Under the pieces are notes generated by a model. It did no database searches and had not been told where the DNA came from. It saw nothing but the letters and a program-made list of their open reading frames with translations. This document shows positions 47,987-61,579 of a stretch of 64,000 nucleotides of DNA, one piece after another; positions within the stretch are counted from its first letter, which is position 1, and every line of letters begins with the position of its first letter. The DNA comes from Blepharisma stoltei ATCC 30299. Lineage: Eukaryota; Protista; Ciliophora. The stretch spans positions 496,001 through 560,000 of the forward strand of contig CBFDEM010000054.1 of the NCBI GenBank assembly GCA_965603825.1, written 5' to 3'. The translations under genes and the position numbers were made by a program.

Positions 47987-49274
47987 CTAATTGTTTAAAA
48001 GAGAATTCATTTTGTGCTCTTGAGATTTAGCTGCATGAATCTGTGCTAACCTAGGAGTATCAAACCATTTCTTACACAAAAAACAGACTGCAACGTTACC
48101 TTGAAGTATTTTTTCCCATTTTTTCTCAAGCTCATTCTCTATTTTCGTTTTTTCTTCCTGTTGTTTTTGCCACCTCCTTATCTCCTCTTCAATTTCTTGT
48201 TTACCGACAGATAAATCATACCTTTTATATGTTTTTCTTTCACTTTTTTCTCTTGAGGCTCTATAAATGGTATAAAAACTTGAGAATTTTCGTCAAAAAT
48301 AAACTTATTCCCATCCCTGTATTGATATTTACTTCATAAATTTATTTGTTTTTGGATCCCAGTAGTATTTGGTATGTGTGTCATAGTAAAGCTGGCATGA
48401 TTCGTCAAATGCGTAATGGGAAGGAATTTTGTATTCGTATCCAGACAAGGTTTTTAAGGCTTGTGGGACAATAATTTGGGTTGGGGTATGAAATATAGGA
48501 ATTCCGTATCCATAGTCTGGGTTTGAAGGAAATTGGCTGAATGTTTCTGTCTTCCTTTTTCTGCTTTTAGATATTGTAATTGGACAGCCTTCAATAGTTA
48601 TAGGGGAATTCCCACTAATTTCCAATGTCATGTCTGCATCATTTATGGAATAAAATTCTATAAATGCAATATCCCTAAAATCACCACTAAGCCTGTCACG
48701 GATTTTTCTGACATCTTTGACTTTGCCAAATTTTGCAAAAGTATTAAAAATCTACCTGAAAATCACTGTTTCTTCATCACATACAGAGACTATTGAGCCT
48801 TTAGCCATTATTGTTGCGTTTATATTTTCTTCTTCTTTCGCAGGCAGTTCTGAGTGATCAGGATCCCTAAGACTATGTCTTGGGAATTTGCATTTATAGC
48901 ATTTACTTCTATTAGCAAAATTATAAGCATCACACTGTATTAAGATGTACTTTGGGACAATACCATTCAGTTCTCGATAGAAATTTTTGTTGGCTGTTCT
49001 CTGAATTTGTAGGTGCATAATCGAATTGTAAAGAAAATCCGCAAATAGACACATTTTCGTTGAGAGCATTAAATACTTCAGAAGCTGAATTTATGGTTGG
49101 GAAGATTACGTAAGCGATTTTAATCGCTTTGACGAGATTAATAGAGGCAGGCTTTGGGATGCCTAGACTTTCTGAGAGAGTATTAAAATGAAGCTCAATG
49201 TCTTCGAGTGCAATTGAATCTGGGATATCGAGTATCATAATCTGCATTATTCGTACTGAATTTGTTGGCTTCAT
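47987..49274 (-). CDS. RBM5/RBM10-like splicing factor (RRM, RanBP2 ZnF, RRM, OCRE, C2H2)
   Basis: WYCPK|CDAYNFANRSKCYKC, IAFIEF, OCRE-like YAFDESCQLYYD...YYWDP, CFLCKKWF...H...H; introns 48935-48950, 48752-48766, 48317-48332; unresolved frame break near 48196-48221. Confidence 0.82.
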
Positions 49275-49337
49275 ATATACTTATTTTATTACTATGCCAT
49301 TTCTATATACACTAAAGATTTAAATTCTAACTTTATA

Positions 49338-50018
49338 ATGATATTTGGAAAAGGGAAGGAAAAGCATTCGCTTAAAAAATTTCAAGGAAATGGATATAGC
49401 AAGGTCCTTGAATTATTTCACCAAAAATTCTTAGAATCAAAATTAAAAGACGAAAAAGGATCAACAAAAGTTATAGCTCTACAAGAGAAAAAAATCACAC
49501 ATTTAAATTTGACAGAAGAACTTGAAAAGCAAATACAGCCAAGGCGTTTTTCATTAGAAAACACCAAGTCCTCATCTATATTAAAAAAATCAGCTTCAAA
49601 CTTTTTGAAATCATCGAAAAACCTCAGAAGAAATTCTTCATCAAATCCTCAAAAACTTCCTTCTATCTCTTCTTATAAAAGCCACACTGAAACATCAATA
49701 CCCAAATCCCGCCAAAAGCAACGTATAAATGCCTTTCCTAATCGAAGAAATTCTTCAGTTCACCATAAATATTCTAATTTCAAGAAATCTGCTATAAGAG
49801 CGAGTGAAACTAAAACATTCTGAAAAACTCCAGTTGAAGCCACTGAGAACAAAGTTAAACCTTATAAAATAGATGAGAGCTGTAATGCTTCTTTAGGAAG
49901 CAATTGGCAAAATCAGACTCATTCGTCTAGTAGTAGGAGCTCAACATCGTTGGAATGCCAAGATTTGAGCTATGATTATATTTATGATCGGAAATGTTAT
50001 TCGTTTATAAGTCCATAA
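49338..50018 (+). CDS. Basic S/K-rich low-complexity protein
   Basis: Open frame through TGA 49821 to TAA 50016-50018; no domain recognised. Confidence 0.55.
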
Positions 50019-50193
50019 TTGTATGGATATAGTCTCAGATAATGTAAGATAAATAGTTGTTTTTACAATTAATGTTGAATTTATTAATAAATAGTTCAGA
50101 CTTGCACAATATCTATAGTCACAAACTATCAAATGTGAGCTATAAAGATCAATTTTTGATAAAATTGAATTAATTATTATTTTCAAATAATGC

Positions 50194-50982
50194 CTAATCC
50201 CACTGTGCAGTAATCAACCTATATCTTTCATTCTTTATGGCCTCAAGAGCTTTGCATCATTTACAATTGGGCCCATTTGAAGGGCCGCAGTATCCATCAG
50301 AAAACGGTACTCTAGCCGAAAACATAGTGCCACAATATATTCGGCCGTTATTGAGCACTTTCGCATTCATCCCATTTGAATTAACCAAAAATCCTTTCGG
50401 CAACCTCCTGGCTGCAATATCCAATTGCATACATGCCACACAATTACAACCAGTCATAGGACCGCAAATTCCTTTACAGCAAGCACACTTCCCCTCTAAT
50501 TGTCCACCACAGTAAAACTTCCCAGATCTTCCTATTTTTGCTAATCTTCCATATGTATTGACTTTATCTTCAATTCTTTTCTCATCTATCTGAATCTTTT
50601 TTACAGAGTTTTCATCAAATTCTTCAATCAGCTGATCTGGGTGTGAACTTGCATAATGCTCTATTAAAGCTTCTCTCGGGATTTGATTATCACAGTAGTT
50701 GCAAGGTGCTGGAGCCTTTATGCATTCTTTCAAGTGGTTTTCCAATTCTTTATATGATGTATGAAATTCGCAAAAGCTGCAATCGCAAGGTAAAACTCCG
50801 ATTAAACGTCTTAATACAACTGATGGCCTAAAATTTGGTTGCGGAGATCTGCATTTTGGACAGTCTGTCAGCTTATCTACACATTTCCTGCAAAAAATTT
50901 CATAGCAGCAAATAGACTCCACTGCATTCTTACAAATTTCTCTACAAATAAAGCACTTAAAGTGTTCAAGAAATTCTTCCAT
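50194..50982 (-). CDS. RING + TRAF-type zinc finger protein with two C-terminal Cys-rich repeats
   Basis: CFIC...CC...FCRKC...CPKC; C..C...H...C; CGPMTGCNCVAC and CGPSNGPNCK(W)C; TAG 50194-50196. Confidence 0.8.
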
Positions 50983-51023
50983 TTACTATAGAAAACTTCA
51001 GTATTTATTTAAAATCTATTTTA

Positions 51024-51914
51024 TTATCGATAATCTCTCCCAAACAGCGACATGCTAGCTTCAAAACCTAAAATAACAGCTGCATTGACTGGAAAAGCTC
51101 TTAGAAGGCATGGAGAAAGTCCTTTAAAAAGGCAGCTGATGCCTTCATTTCTTATAGATTTTATAAAACAGTCGTATGTTGACTTATACACAGGATTTGT
51201 AAAAGAATCACACTGGAGTCTTGATTTAATAGAATCCAATGGATAAATGGGGATCCAGAACGCAAACCCAGCAGTTCCACCACAGATCCCTGCTCGGATT
51301 AGATCCAGATCCTCAGCATTTGTGTGGTCATCGCCAAAAACTTTTCGAGCCATTCCTTGATAAATAATAAAATATGTTGTCATTCCTATTGTGTCTCTGA
51401 CAAGTGTGGGGTAAAATGCTTTAAAAATTCCTTTGATTCCATGGGTTTTATAAATCCAGCTAGTACAGTCAATTGAGCTTTTATAAATTGGATCTCCATA
51501 TGTATTTATTTTCCCCTGGATCTGCATACGAATTCTTAAATGTTCTGCAGGCGTCGAAGCTATAGCACTCACAGCGCCTGACCAAGCTCCACAGAAAGCA
51601 TGCTGAGGAATGCTCAAGACTTCTCCAGGCTGATTATACCGACTTACCCACCTTTTACAGTTTTCTACAACCCCAAAGACAATTGAATATTCAAAGCCAA
51701 CCCCTATTAGAGGTGGCAAACTTCCTTTTCAAAAAGCTCGAATCCCTTCCTTTTTCCCTATGTCGATAAATGTGCCCAATGCAGATCCGCCGTAGTTTTG
51801 TAACCTCACTTTTACTATATCAAATGGCTGTCCTACAACTACACAAAGCAAGCCTCCGAATATTCCTGATATGAATCCTTTGAATTCTGGAAAAATGCTT
51901 TGCGTGTTTTCCAT
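51024..51914 (-). CDS. SLC25 mitochondrial carrier (carnitine/ornithine carrier-like)
   Basis: Three Px[DE]xx[KR] motifs PFDIVK, PAEHLR, PLDSIK; RAF(W)KG; LRAFPVNA. Confidence 0.92.
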
Positions 51915-52013
51915 ATTTTTAGGTGGATAGTTGCAAAATAAATATAATCTATTTGAGGATAAAAATTGGAAAATAAATTAAACTATTTATAATATTTTTG
52001 GGGTTATTACAAA

Positions 52014-53354
52014 ATGGATATTGATATCATCCCTATTGCTATTGAAGCACTACAAGAAGTTCAGAGCTTAAAAACCCAAATTGAGTTTTATAGAGTGGAA
52101 ATTGAAGAAAAAAATTCTTATATAAAGCAGCTTGAAGAACAAATTGCTAAGCCCAGGGTTCCACAAGACATCATTGATAACATGAAAAATCAAGAAATCA
52201 TCATTAATTCACTTCAGCAAAAAATCGAAGAGCTTGAGCAGGTATAAGCAATTTAGCTAAAAAAAGAAGACAATAACTATATATCAAATGCGTTGCAAAA
52301 TTCCGAGGATTTAATTCACTCTAATAAAAAGTCAAAAGTAGCAAATAAAGGATTAAAAGTTATTTTCGATCTTGATATTTGACTATCTACAATGAAATTT
52401 TTAAATGCCCAAGATATCCTATCAGTTTTATTTATTTCTCCAGAATTCGCTCAAAAACTATGTTGCAGTCTAGATATCTGGAAATTCCTTACCGACGATA
52501 TCAAAAAGCAAATAGATTTCGCAACCCCAATAATAACTGATCAGCTTCCTCCGCCACCTATAACCCAAGAAGAGCACCAAGAATTATCCCGCTTATTTGA
52601 AAAGTAACTATAAAGCAGATATGTAATTCAACAATACCCTATAGGAAAAACTCTTGAACCAAGGCTAATTAATGCAGCTAAAACTTTGCTGGGCTTGCAA
52701 AAATCAATAGAAATTGCTACATCGGCCCAAGCTCCTCAGGAAAAATTTAACAGCATAGCTGAATTGATTGTTTCTAAATTTCAAGTAGATAGAGTAATTG
52801 ATTTATTGCATAGAACCACTGCTTGATTCAGCGCAAATCCTTCGAAAACTGCTGACTGGACAACGTTTATACAAAATACTTTTGCTGGACTGCTTTATGA
52901 TGGAGCTATGATAATGATAGACTCACAGGTAAGGATAATATAGGAACTAAATAGGTTAAAAGATTTTTTGGTAGAAAAAGTAAAAAAAGCTAAGGAAAAG
53001 CTAAATAGCCATGATCAAGAAAAATTAGCAATTGAGACTCAGCTATTAAAAGAAAGAGAAATAAAAGAATATCTTATAATGAGAGTCCATGATCTTGATA
53101 TGAATAACTCATACAGAGTGTCTGAATTAGCAAAAATGAGCAATCAGCTTACCTTGATTTCTAAAGAAAAAGAAATAATTGAAGCAAAATTAAACGAAGA
53201 AGTAGAAAATTATCAAAAAAATCGAAAAATTTTGGCACAAGAAATTAACAATTTAAGAAAAAAATTCGAAATAGCTCAGACACAAAAATCCGAATTATTA
53301 GGAGCTTTTGAAGAATTTAACAAAGTTTTTAACACCCTTGGGCTAATTAAATAA
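52014..53354 (+). CDS. Coiled-coil protein with a weak F-box-like segment
   Basis: Single frame after 15-nt introns 52242-52256, 52604-52618, 52929-52943; LDI(W)LSTMKFLNAQDI. Confidence 0.7.
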
Positions 53355-53395
53355 AACTTTTTGGTTTTTTTTATAATTATTGAAGATACTTGTCA

Positions 53396-56300
53396 TTAAA
53401 TTTTGCGATAGCCACACTTATCGCAGCAATGGGATGCTTTTGGGTTATTTTTTCCACAGCGACAAATCCAATAAGCTTTCATACAAACAGAGCATATATA
53501 TCTTAAAGGAGAAGCTGATATTTCACATTTAGCGCAATTTCCATCAGAAGTTCTTTTCCCACATAATGAGCAATTTCTGTTTTCAAACATAGCTAAATCT
53601 TTTCTGCATATATGACATTTTTGTGTCTTTTTCCCTTGTTTTCCTATTTGAGGCTTAGGGCTTTCATTAGTTTTCCTTGCTACTGGCTCTTTTGGCGCTT
53701 TTAACGTAGTACTAGACGGTCTTGACAGTTTGCTTCTGCTACATCCATCACAGGAAACTTCATCTGGCTTATTTAAATTATTGCATGTTTTACATTTTCA
53801 AAATTGATTGCCACATTCAGTGCAGATTAAGCAGTTTTTGTCCATATGATAGCTGCAGATAAGACAAAAATAAGTCCCAGATAGCCTCCCACATTTTTTA
53901 CAAAATTTTTCATCATAAAACCCTATAGTTTTGGCACAAAGAGAGCATTTATCAGACAAACATTTTATGCAAATTTCGCCTTTTTCTATTGGCTTTTTGC
54001 ATTTTTTGCACATAGATCCAAATTTGAATTTGTTGCATAAGCGACAATATTCTGATGAAGAGTTAATAGTACCGCAGCCGCTGCATTTCCATGCACTTGT
54101 GGACATTCTAACTGGCGAAGGCTGCTTTTTTATTGATCTATAATAACCATTAATATTTTGGCATCTGGTGCAGTAAACTGCAGTCAGAAGATTAGGCTGA
54201 TAGCATTTTTGACAAATTCACTCGTTTTCTGGCTTTGGTGACCATGATGGAAATGTCTGATATTTAGTGTCTAGGCTGGTGGTTTTTGGCTCTCTGCAAT
54301 GGTAGCATAAGATATCGCTTTCTACGTTTGGGAAATTGCATCTCTTGCATTGCCAGGTAGGAATTTTTGGCTTTTCAGCATATGGGATCATAGTGATGAT
54401 TTGAGATTTTTTTCCAGCTGCTTCTATGGGATCTTTTTCTGTGCCGCATTTGAGGCAGCTTTTCCTTTCAAGAAGATTAGGATATGAACATTTTGAGCAC
54501 ACTCATTTAGTATCTTCTCTGCTAGGAATATTTTGAACAGAGGGAATTTCTATTTGCTCTTTTGGAGCATTTCTAAAGCAACTATAGCAGCAAGCTCGTC
54601 CAATTGTATTTTGATAACCACAGCATTTACAAATCCAGCCTGCTGATTTACTAGCCTCTTCAGAAACACTTTCCTCAGTTTTTGTATTTTCTGATAGCGA
54701 TTTTGCAGCATCGCATTTATTGCATTGCTTTCTTTCCATTGCATTCATATAATTACATTGAAGACATTTTCATTTAGACTTCTCATTTTCTTTAGCTTCT
54801 AATAGAGATGTAGGAGTATAGCAATTAGCGCACACTGTCTTATCCTTTGGATTCATGCAGCCGCATGCTAGACATTTTCATTTAGGTTTCTCCATTTCTT
54901 TCTCTTCTAATAGTGATTTTATTTCATAGCATTTATAACACATAGTCCTTTCCATAGTATTCATATGGCTGCATTTGGGACATTTTCATTTAGGCTTCTC
55001 TATTTCTTGCGTTTCAGGGACAATTTCTCTTGTTCTTGGCTTGGAGGTAAAGCAAGAACTACAAAATGTATCATTTGGCTTGTTTAGCCTGCTGCATTTT
55101 AAGCATCTTCAATATTTTGTTTTTTCTTCATTAATTTTGTTGCATATCTCACAAGCATCATTTTTATTGTCATTTTTAAAAGTGCAGCTTTTACAAACCC
55201 AGCCTGACTCTCCAGGCTTTATAGTGTGGCATGACCCACATACATCCCACTCCATTTCGTTTTTAAAGCCACAGTCACAGGCCCACTGTATTTTTATAGG
55301 CTCTGATTGAGCTTCTTGAATTTGTTCTTCTTGCCTACCTGCTAGGACTGTCGTCTCCTGCTTTTTATTATTTTCATTTGGTTTTACTGTAATTTCATTG
55401 ATAGGGACTTTGCTATCTTCAATTTTCTCTGCTCTTAATTTTTTAGCTGGCTCTATAGACTCTCTGCTATAGAATACTTTAAATTTTTCTTCCTCTTCTT
55501 CTCTATCGAGCTTATCTTGTAGCCTTTTCTTTATTTCATATCTTATAACTGTCCTTTCAAGTTTAAGCCATCCTTCTAAAGATATATCCATGCCTTCAGC
55601 TTCTTTAGATTCTTCATAAAAGAGTCCAACAGGGTAGTACCTATTTCTGACAATATATTCAATTGATTCATCCCATTTCCCATTGCCAATTACACCAATT
55701 TTTTCATCATCAATCTTATACCATAGTCTGTCATTTTTACCTTTAACACAAAATACATAATGGCCTGGGCCAAATAAAATCATTCCTCTTATTATATATG
55801 AATTGCTTGGGGAGTCTTCATAAATTCTGTCTAGCGATAATGTATATGGCATTGTTGAGAGCATTTGTAAAATATCTAAGTATCCTGGGTGCATTTCATT
55901 CCATATCAAATTAATTATAAAAACCTTAGGAGTTGTTGCAAGTTTCAGAGTCCTTTTGCTTTTATGAACAGGGCACTCATCAACCTTAGGGCACATATCT
56001 AGCTCCGCATCTCTCCATTGTGCTTTGATAAATTCAGGAAGTTTACCTTCAATAGGCAAAATACTTGACAGTTCCAAATAATCATCTACAAATTTTACAT
56101 TATCTAAAGGCCTAAGCTCTGGATGAGTTTTTCTGGCTTCTTCAAATATATCATTAACATAAAAAGGGTGAGCAAAAGTGCAATAATCCCAGTCATTTTC
56201 AGAAACAGCCCCACAATCACAATTCAAAACTTCATGAACTCCAAGTTCTAAAACTTCATGGGCTACACACTTTTCTTCACATTTTATATTTGAAAAGCTA

Positions 56301-56815
56301 TTATCAATACCTTGAGTTGGGTCCATTAGATGAACTGAATGAATTGCTTTTAGGATTGCAATGAGGGCTTCCATACAATCAGCTGAGGACTCTTTTTCAA
56401 ATTCTCCAGTCTGCTCATACACTTTAGCGAGCTCAGTCCTAAGCTTGCTGATGTCTATTACTCCATCTATGTTTTTTGATAAATTATAAGAAACTTGTTC
56501 AAAGATCTGCTTTATTCCACAGGATAAACAATAATGAGTGCTATTTTGACTCCTGCATTTTGGGGTGCTAAAGCTTATAGCGTTGCGAAAAGCTTCCATA
56601 TGCCATAAAGCTTGGAGTGCAGAATTTAAAAAACAATTCATTTCTCCTAGACGGTTAATGAAACCTATAACATTGTGATTTTGAAAAACTCCGGATTTAC
56701 AGGGACCTATTTTAGGGTTCGTTTCAAGCTGACAATAGTGATTACTTGACCTGGGCTTAAGTTTTCCACATTTTAAACATAAATTTTCATCAGTCCTTCT
56801 CAGCATATATGACAT
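53396..56815 (-). CDS. USP (C19, USP53/54-like) deubiquitinase with about 13 RanBP2/NZF zinc fingers
   Basis: Cys box NRLGEMNCFLNSALQALWH, His box GPGHYV...WYKIDD; repeated W-x-C-x(1-2)-C-x3-N-x(5-6)-C-x2-C; 1139 aa in one frame. Confidence 0.88.
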
Positions 56816-57100
56816 TATATATATTTATTTAATAATTTTAGTATAAAAATCATATAAAAACCTTTTATTTTCCTCTCCAGGTAGCCTAAAATCATTAATA
56901 CCCCTTATCTCCATGAATTTTTATTTCTAGAATTATTTTCCTATCTTTAATTTCTACTATTATGCCTTGCCCAATCCATAATTTATACAATGGAATATAT
57001 AAAAATATTATCAATAATTATAGAATTTTATCTACCTGAAATTGCTTTCTCTTCCTAATCTTTTAGGGTCCCATATTTCTTTATGATAATAATCTAAATA

Positions 57101-57637
57101 ATGGGTTTGCTTTCTCTTCTTCGCAGCTTGAAACAAAATGACCGTGAAGCACGAATTCTGGTGCTTGGGCTTGACAACGCCGGAAAAACTACCATCCTGC
57201 GAGCCCTTTCTGAAGAAGATATAAACCACATTATCCCAACTCAAGGATTTAATATAAAATCCTTAGTCCATGAAGGATTCAAGCTGAATGTCTGGGATAT
57301 TGGCGGCCAAGAAACCATCAGGCCTTACTGGAGGAACTACTTTGATCACACAGACGGGCTTGTGTTTGTTATTGATAGCGCTGATAGAAACCGTTTGCAA
57401 GAAGCTGGGCAGGAATTGCAATCATTATTAGAAGATGATAAACTTGCAGGAACTCCTGCGCTGGTCTTCGCAAACAAACAAGATCTGCTTCAAGCGCTCC
57501 CAGCTGATGAAATTTCTGATGCTTTGAATTTACATTTAATAAGAGATAGACAATGGTGCATCATGGCAAGTTCAGCAAGAACGGGAGAAGGTCTTCAAGA
57601 AGGCATGGAGTGGCTTGTCCAGACTATTCAGAAGTAA
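57101..57637 (+). CDS. ARL3: ADP-ribosylation factor-like GTPase 3
   Basis: [36 protein letters not shown]. Confidence 0.93.
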   Translation: MGLLSLLRSLKQNDREARILVLGLDNAGKTTILRALSEEDINHIIPTQGFNIKSLVHEGFKLNVWDIGGQETIRPYWRNYFDHTDGLVFVIDSADRNRLQEAGQELQSLLEDDKLAGTPALVFANKQDLLQALPADEISDALNLHLIRDRQWCIMASSARTGEGLQEGMEWLVQTIQK

Positions 57638-58014
57638 TTAATCTTATTTCTAAATGAAAAAATAATAATTAATTTACTAGTTTTGAGAGAAGGAGTTTGA
57701 TGAGACAAATTTTTTAATTTCTATCGCCTCTTATTTCATATGTGAGAAAAATTTTGAATGCAAAAGATTTAATAAATAAAATATTGTAGTGAGAGAGAAT
57801 GACTAATTTATTTCTAACTAAAAATAATTTATGTTTAGTTTAGCACTATAATAATTTTAAAAAAATTAATATCTGTCAAATAAAAATCACCATAGTATAG
57901 AGCCCAGAACGATTAATATGTATTCCTGAATGGTTTTTTGAATGAACAGAAAAGATTGTTATATTTATAATTCCGTTTTAGCGTGAATAATTTTTATAAA
58001 TTAAACTGATTTTA

Positions 58015-60333
58015 TTATAAATTCCGACTTCCACTCCAGCCTTCAGGAGGTTTCATTCCGCAAGCCTCCATGAATTCCTGCATCGAAATGCATGGCCCAT
58101 CAGCTACTTTTATTTTCAAGGCTTCATCTAGTATTTGTTTAGCATCTGCCCAGTTTCCAGCTTCAAAAGCTTCAAGACCCTTCGCAAAAACTCCTTGGAA
58201 TTGCGTAGGAACACTTCTCTGCATCATGACTATGTCGTTATCAAAGAGAAACAGATGTTCAGGCGTAAACTCCAAGTCTTCAATATCAATTTCATTAAGG
58301 ATAATTGGGTCGCCTGGCTTTCTTTTGTCGATATCAAACTGCCCTTCTGCAACTCTACGATGGTCTGGGAGTGGGACTTCATCAGTTAAATCAAAAGTAT
58401 ATAAGCCCATAAATGCTTCTAGCTCCTGAATCATCACATTTCCGATTCTTCTGCACGCATTTTGCCCTTTTTCTTCTAAACTCGAATAAAACTCCCCAGT
58501 TAAAAGTAATGGAACTTTGAATTCTTCTACTGCCATAATCAATTTTTTGCACAAGTCTATAGAAGGACTTATGTAGCCAGGAGCTACCTTAATATTTGAC
58601 CCTAGAGGTCCTTGAATAATCCAGCCAATATGTGCAGCCATAGCAATATCTACCAAATAATTATCTCCAAATTTCGTGACAATTTTTGGGTTAGATTTAT
58701 ATGCCATAATATCGGTTGCCCTATGGAGTTCAGCAGATATTTTAATCAAAGAAACAAGTGCGTCTGATGCTTTGGTTTCTGGCCAGGTTATAGTAAATAT
58801 GCCTAAGTCATTATTGCAGGCGGTCCCACTCCATCTTGTTGTGCAGGTATGGACAATTCTTGCAATTTTATTGATAAAAACCAAGACTTCTTCTTGTAGA
58901 CAGTCAATGATTGATGGGAAATCTTGGACCGTACATAGTGCAATTACTGACCTTTCTTTGCTTCCAAGCTTTATTAAATTCATTTCAGGCTCAGAAAACA
59001 GTGAGCTCATGATTTCTGACCCTTTTAATCCGAAACTCATCTGAAGCAGGGTTCCAATTTTATTAATAGTTTCTTCCAGAATGGATTCTTTTATGTCTAT
59101 TTGGGTGACTTCTTCTGCCATTTTTAAAGGATCTTCTGCAAGACTTTTAATAACACTATGCATCCTTGTAACTGGCTTAATTACGATTTTTTGAGTATCA
59201 TACGCGAATGCTACACTTGCTGTTGCCAAAATTATCCCCACAAAAACAGTGATAACTATATTTCCTCGTGATTGGGATCTCGAGTGCTCCCCAACATCAA
59301 ATCTTGCAAAAGCTTCAATTTCTTCGCAGCCTTTGACTGATTTATTATAGCATTCTATAGGAGTATAGGTAACTAATTCCATTTCTTCATCCCTTTTATC
59401 GCAAGCAGAAGGGACTTTTTTCCCTGCACAATCTGATACTTCGGTCCAGGTGAGTCCTCTGCTTACATTTCCTATTACTCCACCATTCAGCATATCAGGG
59501 ATATATAGTCACAATAAAGGATAGCTGGCATTTGCATATCAGTCTATCATATAGTATCAGCCTTCATTGGAGACATAATTTGAGGTAGTTATACCGCAGC
59601 CAAAACCTGTTGGATCATTGCATCCGCTTCTTCCTGTCCAAAACAGTGTTTGTAAACCAAAATATGGAGCGTTATCAACAGTTCCAGGCTGCAATAAAGG
59701 CAATAATAAAAGCATTAATAAAACTCCTATAATAACTCTCCTTGTAGTGACATCAGATAAGTTCTTTCCAAGGTATTCTGGGTCCATTTTGTCTATTTGT
59801 GACTCATTTTCTTCTTCCTCATTTTCTGTTGATTTAGTAAAATATTTATAAAGTTTTACAATTCTCACCAACCTTATATACCTAATTGTCTGAATTCCAC
59901 GGCTCGTATAATCAAGCTTTGTTGTGTTTCTTACAGGGCTTGTATCAAAATGCGCATCAGAATCATAAAGTTTATAGTTGAATAATGCTAAAAATGGGTC
60001 TCTAATTCCTGGAATGTCTGGCAACAATGAAATAGTCGCGACAACATCCAGTCAGAAGAAAAATGAAAACTTATAGCCTGGGATGAAAATGCTGTTCATA
60101 AAGATTTCAATAAGAAATAAGGATAAACAAATTTCGTAGGTAATAAAAAAAATATAGTCATTGTCCTTATTTTCTGCACTCAGTGTACGAATATCGTCAC
60201 CAAACAGGACTCATATAGTAACACAAGCCATGCAAATTGTGACAACTTTGCCGTCTATTATGTCCTCAACCTTTTTCCTGATCCCCTGCTGAAATTCTCT
60301 GTAACTTCCATCATCAGGCACAATTTTGTTCAT
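58015..60333 (-). CDS. Ion-channel-domain adenylyl cyclase homolog (alveolate AC-alpha type), catalytic residues altered
   Basis: ATG 60333; TI(W)VLFGDD, FFF(W)LDVVAT, S4-like IRYIRLVRIVKLY, LSDVTTRRVI, CLQEEVLVFINKIARIVH, terminal TPR-like helix and PEGWSGSR. Confidence 0.88.
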
Positions 60334-60762
60334 TATTTAAACAATTATTATTATTATATATAGATGAATATACATACAAATTTATCTGAAGTTAAAATTA
60401 GACATTTTATTTGAGATAATGGTAGGTTTTTCAGATAGTTTTGACAGACTTTTATATTGAATACTAAGGTTTAAAAACGATATATTTTTATTATGAAATT
60501 TTATGAAACTTATTATAGTTTGTGCTAAAAATCTTAAAGGCTCCTTTCAGACAGAGTAATGCATTATATGAAATGTGTTTTTTTGGCGCGTTATTTAAAG
60601 AAAAAATTATTAATATATTTCCAATAAGTAATGTTTAATTAGATACTTATTTTAAATTTAACCAATTAAATCAACTATTTCGAATCATATTTCGCATATA
60701 GCTAAAAATCTTTGAAATATCTTGTTTTTCTATCTCATTTCGTTAAACCCGCTAATTTAAAA

Positions 60763-61449
60763 ATGTCTTCAACTGACTCACTAGTCACAACAGAGATCTC
60801 ATCAATGCTCTCCAAAAACGACCTTCTTCATTGGCTGAATAATTTTCTCAAACTGAATATTGCAAAAGTGGAGCATCTTGCATCGGGCGCTGCATATTGC
60901 CAAATTATCGAAGCGATTTATCCAGGACAAGTCCAAATGCATAAAGTTAATTGGCAAGCTAAGCACGAGTATGAGTATATTAATAATTTCAAAGTTTTGC
61001 AGCAAGCTTTTGTTAAGTGCAATATACAAAAATATATTGAAGTAGAAAAACTTATAAAAGGAAAGTTTCAAGACAACCTTGAAATGCTGCAATGAATTAA
61101 AAAATTTTTTGATTTGCATTATAATGGATCTAGCTATGAACCAGCTCCCAGGAGAAGACCGGTTTCCAGGCAAAGCACTCCAGACATAAAGCGGCCAGTA
61201 AAAAAAATCTTAGGGGAGCACAATATACCAGCTTCACCTATTGAGCCGGTTAAGGCAAAAATAGATACAGATGAAATGAAAATGACGATACACACTTTAG
61301 AAAAAGAAAGGGACTATTATTTCGGTAAGCTCAGAGATATTGAAAATCTTGTGCAGAAATATGAAGACCAAGAAAATCCAGTTATATTATCAATACAAAA
61401 AATTTTATATGCAGTAGGAGATGATGCAATGGAGATTGATCACATCTAA
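60763..61449 (+). CDS. EB1: Microtubule plus-end tracking protein EB1
   Basis: SGAAYCQ, EYEYINNFKVLQ, QDNLEMLQ(W)IKKFFD, LEKERDYYFGKLRDIE. Confidence 0.94.
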
Positions 61450-61579
61450 ATTTATGACTATAAACTATTATTTTATATATAAGAATTTATCATTAAAGAT
61501 TTGTTGAAATTCTTTGTATTATGCAATAAAAACACAATAAGATAAATTACATGAAAAACGCTTTATAAGAAATTTATTA

